Shown here: one piece after another, positions 57,852 through 64,000 of the stretch | How the letters are laid out: each line of letters starts with the position of its first letter | Numbering within the stretch: position 1 is the first letter of the stretch | From: Bdellovibrionota bacterium | GTDB taxonomy: Bacteria; Bdellovibrionota_C; UBA2361; JAAYZI01 | NCBI GenBank assembly: GCA_050950765.1 | Contig: JBMNIF010000002.1 | Coordinates: 320,001-384,000 of the forward strand | Direction of reading: 5' to 3' | DNA: 64,000 bases | Notes under the pieces: generated by a model | The model's input: only the letters and a program-made list of their open reading frames with translations | What the model was told of the DNA's origin: nothing | The model's database searches: none | Program-made: the position numbers and the translations under genes

Positions 57852-59777
57852 TTAGAGATCAGGTTCAAGCCTATAAGCGTTTTCCTGTATTAAACGATAC
57901 CTATCAGTACTATCACGTCCTAGCAAACTTTCAAGCGTAGCATTCACCTCCAGCTCATCATCTACCTGAATTCTCAAAAGATTTCTAGTTTTTGGATTTA
58001 ACGTTGTCTCCCATAAAGTGCTCGGATTCATCTCTCCCAAACCTTTAAAGCGTGTAATCTGATATTTACGATTTTTAGCTTTTGTTCGAATTACCTCATC
58101 TTTTTCCTCATCACTGTAAACCCACTCCAATTCTTCGTTACTGCCGCTTCCTATCTTAATTCTGTATAACGGCGGCCGTCCAAGATAAAGGTGCCCTGCC
58201 TTCACCAATGGCTTCATATAACGGAAGAAGAACGCCATTAGAAGCGTTCCGATATGCATCCCATCAGAATCAGCATCTGTTAAAATAATCACCCGTCCAT
58301 ACCTTAACTTATCGAGCGCTATCTTATCTCCGAGACCACAACCCAAAACAGAAGCTAAATCAGTTAGCTCTTTATTCTCCTGCATTTTAGTCACAGCTGC
58401 TGCAACCGAGTTTAACACTTTACCACGTAACGGAAAAACCGCTTGCGTTTTTCTGTCACGCCCCTGCTTAGCACTACCACCTGCGGAATCCCCCTCTACA
58501 ATAAAGAGTTCAGATTTATCTCGTTGAGAAGAAGAACAATCAGAAAGCTTACCAGGTAAATTTAAACGCCTAATCCCGATCTTTCTAGAAACACTTTGCG
58601 AAGCAGTCCTCGCAGCTGCACGCGCTTTTGCAGCGAGCACCATCCTTTCAACCAACATCGCAGCAGTTTGCGGATTAGAATTAAGCACGTTTTCAAAACT
58701 ACGCAGCAACGACTCCACCGGCACCGCCACTTCAGGATTATTCAAGCGGTCTTTAGTCTGCCCCTGAAACTGTAATTGAGTAACCGCCCCTGGAACATTA
58801 ACAGACAAAATTGCTAAAAGCCCCTCTCGAAAATCATCCGCACCAAGCCTCACCCCTTTGGGTGCTAGATCGTGCACATTGATATAATTGCGCAACGCTT
58901 TAACCAAGCCATTTTTAAAACCATCTTCATGGCTTCCACCCTCTTTTGTTGGAATACCGTTTACATAAGAAGCTATCTTTTCTTTAGTTGATTCTGTCCA
59001 ACAGAAAGCAGCTTCAACTTTGATGCCATTTTCACGCTCAAGATAAAAAGTCTCTCCCGCAACAGGTTCAACTCCATATTTTTCAATTAAAAGCTTTAAA
59101 TATGAGTTTAAACCTTGATTAAACTGATAAACTTTAGTGGTGTTTTCAGCTTCATTAACAAAAGTAAGTTTAATCCCTTTGTTAAGGAAAGCTTTCTCTT
59201 GAATGTTCTCTTCTAAAATTTCAGGCGAGAATTTTACGACAGAAAAGATCTCTGGATCAGGTCTAAAAAAAACTTTCGTGCCTGTTTTTTTAACAGCCCC
59301 GCCTTTCTTTGTAGTTCCAACAGCCACCCCTTTTTCAAATTTCTGAGACCACTCAAAGCCATCACGCCAGACAGTTGCTATCAATTCTTCAGAGAGCGCA
59401 TTTACAACAGAAGCTCCAACACCGTGCAAGCCACCAGCTGATACATAATTACTATCAGAGAATTTGCCTCCGGCATGCAACGTTGTAAAAATTATCTCTA
59501 AAGTCGACTTTTTAAACTTCGGATGTTTCTCAACTGGAATGCCACGCCCGTTATCTTCAATAGTGATGCTCTTTTTATCTGAATGCAGTGTGACAACTAT
59601 TGAATTGGCGTAGCCGTTCATAGCCTCATCGATGCTATTATCTAAAATCTCTCTTACGAGATGGTGCAGCCCTGCATACCCCTCCGTCCCGCCGATATAC
59701 ATTCCAGGACGTTTTCTAACAGGCTCAAGCCCTTCTAAAACTTCAATAGCCGCTGCATTATATCCGTTCTTTCCCAT
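57852..59777 (-). CDS. parE: Type IIA topoisomerase subunit B (topo IV-like)
   Basis: LEPVRKRPGMYIG, DNSIDE, LHAGGKF, EGDSAGG, PLRGK, TDADSDG, RFKGLGEMN. Confidence 0.85.
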   Translation of the reverse strand: MGKNGYNAAAIEVLEGLEPVRKRPGMYIGGTEGYAGLHHLVREILDNSIDEAMNGYANSIVVTLHSDKKSITIEDNGRGIPVEKHPKFKKSTLEIIFTTLHAGGKFSDSNYVSAGGLHGVGASVVNALSEELIATVWRDGFEWSQKFEKGVAVGTTKKGGAVKKTGTKVFFRPDPEIFSVVKFSPEILEENIQEKAFLNKGIKLTFVNEAENTTKVYQFNQGLNSYLKLLIEKYGVEPVAGETFYLERENGIKVEAAFCWTESTKEKIASYVNGIPTKEGGSHEDGFKNGLVKALRNYINVHDLAPKGVRLGADDFREGLLAILSVNVPGAVTQLQFQGQTKDRLNNPEVAVPVESLLRSFENVLNSNPQTAAMLVERMVLAAKARAAARTASQSVSRKIGIRRLNLPGKLSDCSSSQRDKSELFIVEGDSAGGSAKQGRDRKTQAVFPLRGKVLNSVAAAVTKMQENKELTDLASVLGCGLGDKIALDKLRYGRVIILTDADSDGMHIGTLLMAFFFRYMKPLVKAGHLYLGRPPLYRIKIGSGSNEELEWVYSDEEKDEVIRTKAKNRKYQITRFKGLGEMNPSTLWETTLNPKTRNLLRIQVDDELEVNATLESLLGRDSTDRYRLIQENAYRLEPDL

Positions 59778-59827
59778 CTATCTTCACCACTTCAAAGAAA
59801 CAACACTACAAAACCTCAAAATATAAA

Positions 59828-62080
59828 TTATCGAACTTTTTTAAGTTTAAGAATATCTCCGCGCACCCCGATCTTCGTTCCTTTTAATCCACGATTGCTC
59901 AATGCAAAATTCTTGGTATTAACCTCTTTTAATTTTTCTCCGTCATATACAAGCTCAAGTTTAACATCATCTTTATACGTGACACATCCGATTAACTCAT
60001 CATCCGCACGCACCCCCATTAACGACACGCCGATAGCAGCCTGTGCTCTGCTAGGAATTATTTTAGTATCCAGCGCTAGCACTAACCCTTTTTTAGTTAT
60101 GAAAGCAGCTTTCTTATCCAACTTCGCAACTCCTGCCAAAGCGTCGCCTTCTCTTAATTTTATAGCACGTTTGCCGTTTTTCTTAACACCTTCAAACCCC
60201 TCAACTTGAAGAACAAACCCCACACCTCGTTTAGAAACTAAGATTAAAGAATCTCTCTCTGCGATCGTCAGATCGTTTTTAGGCGCATCCGCTTCCGTAT
60301 AAAAAGCAAAACTCTCTACGATCTCTTCACCATCTTTAAACTTTAAAAGTTTCTGAATCGGGCTACCATACCCACTTGAAGATGGGAACTCCGTCACTTT
60401 CAAAACATACAACAAACCGAAATTAGTCAAGAACACTACATAATCAAGGGAGCTAACTTCATGCGCATGCACAATGCTATCCCCCTCTCGTATACGTGTT
60501 GTAGAAAGCTCATTAGTACGTCTAATCCGTTTTACCCAACCATCTGCCGTTACTATGGCAAAAACGTCTTCTTTAACAACGTAGTCAGCTTCGTTTATTT
60601 CAACCTCTGTAAAATCTTTTACTATTTCACTCCTTCTGGCATCACCATACTTTTGTGCCATAGCCTTAAGCTCATCTCGCACTACACCCTGCATAGCAAC
60701 TTTACTCTTTAAAAGGGCCTCAATCTCACCTAAGCGTTGCTGTTTCTCTGCCAACTCAGATCTAATTTCATCTATATTAGTCCGAGACAATTGATAGATG
60801 CGTAGATCAACGATCGCTAGAGACTGCTTCTCAGAGAGCTTAAATCTTTCTCGCAATTTTTTAGCAGCATCCAACCTACCGTTACTTTTTCGGACTATCC
60901 GAATAGCCTCATCCAAAGCATCAAAGATAAGGGCGAAACCTTCAAGGATATGCACCCTATCCAATAAATTACGTCTTTCAAATTTTAAACGTTTCTCAAC
61001 TATCTCAAATCTGAAGTCCAAAAAGTACTGTAAGATCTCTTTTAACGAAAGTAATTCTGGTCTTAACGCCTTTCCTACGGGAACCAATGCTGTCATATTT
61101 ACATTAAAATTACTTTCAAGTTGCGTATTCTTAACTACATACGCCATTGCTACATCAGCACTAGCTTCAGGGGCTAAATCAAGCACTATTCTGACAGAGG
61201 TAGTTGACTCATCACGCACATCGACAATCTGCGGCACCTTCTTTTCCAAAATAAGTTGCGCAATTTTTTCCACCAACTGTGCTTTATTAATTCCGTACGG
61301 GATAGTTGAAATGACAACGGCGAACTTCCCCCTCTGACACTCCTCAACTTGCCAATCACCACGCATCCTAATAGAACCACGCCCCGTACGATAGATCTCC
61401 GCAAGCTCATCTTTTGTATTTAAAATTGAGCACCCTGTCGGAAAATCAGGTGCTTTCACCAAAGCCGCTAAGCGATCATCCGTCACTTTCGGATTTTCTG
61501 ATAACTCTACTAAAGCCTTTACAAGATCTTTTAAATTATGCGGCGGAATATTCGTTGCCATCCCGACTGCAATGCCGCTGGCACCATTCATCAAGAGATT
61601 AGGCACCCTACTGGGCAGCACCACCGGTTCTTGCACACTAGCATCAAAGTTATCAACGAAGGGAACCGTCTCTTCTTCAATCTCTCCAACAACATCAATA
61701 GCAAGCTCTCTAAGCTTAACTTCCGTATAACGATAAGCAGCAGCGCTATCACCATCAAGGGAACCGAAGTTTCCCTGACCGTCAACCAACGGATAACGTA
61801 ACGAGAAATCTTGCGCTAACCTGACCATAGCCTCATAGCAAGCTTGATCTCCGTGCGGATGAAATTTCGCCAAAACTTCACCGATAATAGCCGCTGATTT
61901 TTTATAACTCCCCGTCGGCTTGAGGTGCAGATGTTGCAACATCGCATATAAAATACGACGTTGAACCGGCTTCATCCCATCACGTACATCGGGAAGAGCT
62001 CTGGAAGTAACTACACTAAGCGCATACGTTAAATAACGATCCTGTGCTTCTTGTTGAAATGATGTATCTATAACAGCCAT
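59828..62080 (-). CDS. parC: Type IIA topoisomerase subunit A (topo IV-like; no GyrA box seen)
   Basis: [29 protein letters not shown] catalytic Tyr, [14 protein letters not shown]; no QxRGGxG. Confidence 0.85.
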   Translation of the reverse strand: MAVIDTSFQQEAQDRYLTYALSVVTSRALPDVRDGMKPVQRRILYAMLQHLHLKPTGSYKKSAAIIGEVLAKFHPHGDQACYEAMVRLAQDFSLRYPLVDGQGNFGSLDGDSAAAYRYTEVKLRELAIDVVGEIEEETVPFVDNFDASVQEPVVLPSRVPNLLMNGASGIAVGMATNIPPHNLKDLVKALVELSENPKVTDDRLAALVKAPDFPTGCSILNTKDELAEIYRTGRGSIRMRGDWQVEECQRGKFAVVISTIPYGINKAQLVEKIAQLILEKKVPQIVDVRDESTTSVRIVLDLAPEASADVAMAYVVKNTQLESNFNVNMTALVPVGKALRPELLSLKEILQYFLDFRFEIVEKRLKFERRNLLDRVHILEGFALIFDALDEAIRIVRKSNGRLDAAKKLRERFKLSEKQSLAIVDLRIYQLSRTNIDEIRSELAEKQQRLGEIEALLKSKVAMQGVVRDELKAMAQKYGDARRSEIVKDFTEVEINEADYVVKEDVFAIVTADGWVKRIRRTNELSTTRIREGDSIVHAHEVSSLDYVVFLTNFGLLYVLKVTEFPSSSGYGSPIQKLLKFKDGEEIVESFAFYTEADAPKNDLTIAERDSLILVSKRGVGFVLQVEGFEGVKKNGKRAIKLREGDALAGVAKLDKKAAFITKKGLVLALDTKIIPSRAQAAIGVSLMGVRADDELIGCVTYKDDVKLELVYDGEKLKEVNTKNFALSNRGLKGTKIGVRGDILKLKKVR

Positions 62081-62203
62081 TAGTAAAAAACCTATGGAAA
62101 CTACGACTCCGTTAACCTAAGTGCAACTTTAACAGAGATTGAACAAAAGTGTAAATTAGAAGAATTTGTAAAATATAAGAGCGTTTTAAAAACAGGCGGG
62201 AGA

Positions 62204-63673
62204 TCAAACTCCTTCCCAAAATTTCTCTACCTCTTCCTGATCTGAAAAGTGGGTCTTCGTTGTACCTATAATCTGATAATCTTCGTGCCCCTTACCTGCG
62301 ATCAGAACAACATCCCCCACAACAGCCTTCTCCATAACAGAACGAATAGCCTTAGCTCGACAAACTTCTATAAAATCAGCGCGCGCACCCTCACTCAAGA
62401 TATCTGCAATAATTTTTTCAGGGTCTTCAGAACGGGGATTATCAGATGTTATCATAACTTTATCAGCATACCTTGCAGCAACTAACGCCATCTCCGGACG
62501 CTTCGTTCTATCTCTATCACCACCACACCCAAAGATCACCCATACCGTTCTATGCGGTAAGTCTCTGACACTTTTTAAAGCGTGTAAAAGTGCATCAGGT
62601 GTATGAGCGTAATCTACATAAACTCCGATCCCGTTTTTTCCAACAGGTTCTAAGCGGCCTGGAACAGGCTTAATCTGCGGCAAAACTCGAATAGCATCTT
62701 CAACATCAATCCCAACACTCACGCACCCCTGCAGAGCTGCCGCAACGTTATAAGCGTTATGCACCCCTATCATAGGTGTTTTTATCTTATGTAGTTTACC
62801 GTTTATATCTAACGAAAAAGAGCTTCCATTAATATCTTGAGAAAAGTTCATTATGCGCCAACTTGCACCTTGACTCTGCCCGAAAGAAATTGGTTGCACC
62901 CCGATCTCTTCACAATATTGCAAGATTTTTATGCCGTACGGATCGTCGTAATTAACAATCGCACTTTTTAAACCTTTATTGTTTTTAGCGATAAGTTCAA
63001 AAAGGGTACGTTTAGCAAGATAATACTCCTGCATGGTTTTATGATAATCCAGATGATCGTGAGTCAGATTAGTAAAGATCCCACTATCAAAAGCTACATC
63101 ACTAACCCTATCTTGATCTAGTGCATGCGAAGAAACTTCTATCACACCAAACTTAGCACCGTTATCGTATGCTTTTTTAAAATACCTCTGCAAAGACAAG
63201 GCATCAGGCGTAGTTAAAGATTCCTTACTATACATACAGGGACCTTCAAACCCTAACGTCCCTATCCTTAAAGCACTATGTCCGAGCTCTCTTAAAATAT
63301 TGTATATCAACCACTGTATGGTAGTCTTACCGTTTGTACCAGTTACTCCAACGACCTTCATCTTTTTTGTTGGATCCCCGTTTAAAAAAGCGCTTAAACG
63401 GCTAAATGCTTTTCTTGAAGAGGAAACGACAATTCCGTTTTTGCCATTCAACGCCTCTGCACGTTCAACAACTGCAATGACTGCACCATTCGTAACAGCT
63501 TCATCAATACAAGTATGTCCGTCAACTTTACTCCCTCGAATTGCAACGAATATTCCAGATTCAAGCTTTTCTCTACTGTCACAAGTGAGCTCTGCTCCTA
63601 CCGTTGTTAAAGCATCCCCACAAACTTCACCACCAAGAATCTCTGCTAATTGTTTTATTGAATAGCACGCCAT
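62204..63673 (-). CDS. murE: UDP-N-acetylmuramoyl-L-alanyl-D-glutamate--2,6-diaminopimelate ligase
   Basis: GVTGTNGKTT, TTPD, EVSSHAL, DHLDYH, DYAHTPD, GCGGDRD, DNPR (DAP specificity), AGKGHE. Confidence 0.96.
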   Translation of the reverse strand: MACYSIKQLAEILGGEVCGDALTTVGAELTCDSREKLESGIFVAIRGSKVDGHTCIDEAVTNGAVIAVVERAEALNGKNGIVVSSSRKAFSRLSAFLNGDPTKKMKVVGVTGTNGKTTIQWLIYNILRELGHSALRIGTLGFEGPCMYSKESLTTPDALSLQRYFKKAYDNGAKFGVIEVSSHALDQDRVSDVAFDSGIFTNLTHDHLDYHKTMQEYYLAKRTLFELIAKNNKGLKSAIVNYDDPYGIKILQYCEEIGVQPISFGQSQGASWRIMNFSQDINGSSFSLDINGKLHKIKTPMIGVHNAYNVAAALQGCVSVGIDVEDAIRVLPQIKPVPGRLEPVGKNGIGVYVDYAHTPDALLHALKSVRDLPHRTVWVIFGCGGDRDRTKRPEMALVAARYADKVMITSDNPRSEDPEKIIADILSEGARADFIEVCRAKAIRSVMEKAVVGDVVLIAGKGHEDYQIIGTTKTHFSDQEEVEKFWEGV

Positions 63674-63718
63674 AAGAGGACTTCCCCCAATTTTCAATAA
63701 GTAGTCCCCCTTTTCTTA

Positions 63719-64000
63719 CTATATCAGTACAGAAAGAACAAAATCATTAATGCGATTTCTTCTCTATCTTCCACTCTCTTTTTACGCCGTTCCCCTGCTC
63801 GATTAAGGTACCACTGGCAGCTTCATTTTTTGAAAATTCAACTTCGAACTTATATTTAACGTCATTACATTGAATCATACCATTTTCATCGAGAGGTGCC
63901 TTTTGGCAACCAAGCTCTTTAACGGAGATAAAGACGCCCGCACTTCTCCTTGAAACTTTTATATTCCTGTAACGATCTCCGTCAATTATAAACCCTCTAT
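63719..64000 (-). CDS. 3' end of a hypothetical protein (start outside the window)
   Basis: Open frame ...RGFIIDGDRYRNIKVSRR...WKIERRNRINDFVLSVLI* ending in TAG at 63719-63721. Confidence 0.65.

Noticed and set aside
63719..64000. ftsI/PASTA C-terminus expected upstream of murE
   Set aside because: The translation shows no transpeptidase or PASTA features.

Overview
An AT-rich chromosomal window from a diderm bacterium. LPS/heptose/KDO genes, sigma54 and pseudopilins suggest a deltaproteobacterial- or Bdellovibrionota-like lineage (inference only). It is mostly housekeeping: PiT/DUF47/phosphomannomutase, ettA, nadE, tkt, rpoN-hpf-rapZ, tcdA, kdsD, hldD, rpmH-rnpA-yidD-yidC-mnmE, sulfate ABC transporter, a topoisomerase IV-like A/B pair and murE, plus tRNA-Thr(CGT) and tRNA-Cys(GCA). 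The left edge holds a DDE transposase running off the window. Most notable: (1) a divergent TraW-TraU-TrbC-like operon in F-plasmid gene order, with no other conjugation genes nearby, followed by a Ser/Thr kinase; (2) a ~1 kb non-coding mosaic repeat array (55.8-56.8 kb) built from GGGTGGCAC boxes, palindromic units and consensus IHF sites, whose two core motifs recur in the rpoN/SpoIID intergenic region as a sigma54-like promoter plus IHF site; (3) two large orphan proteins with small C-terminal domains (HicA-like; FGKYKG exonuclease-tail-like); (4) a structured leader with alternative terminator/antiterminator pairing; (5) a NadE lacking the glutaminase Cys and a CysA fused to USP-like domains. 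The 33.4-35.0 kb stretch is riddled with indels, probably sequence error. All homology calls are by-eye motif recognition; no searches were run.
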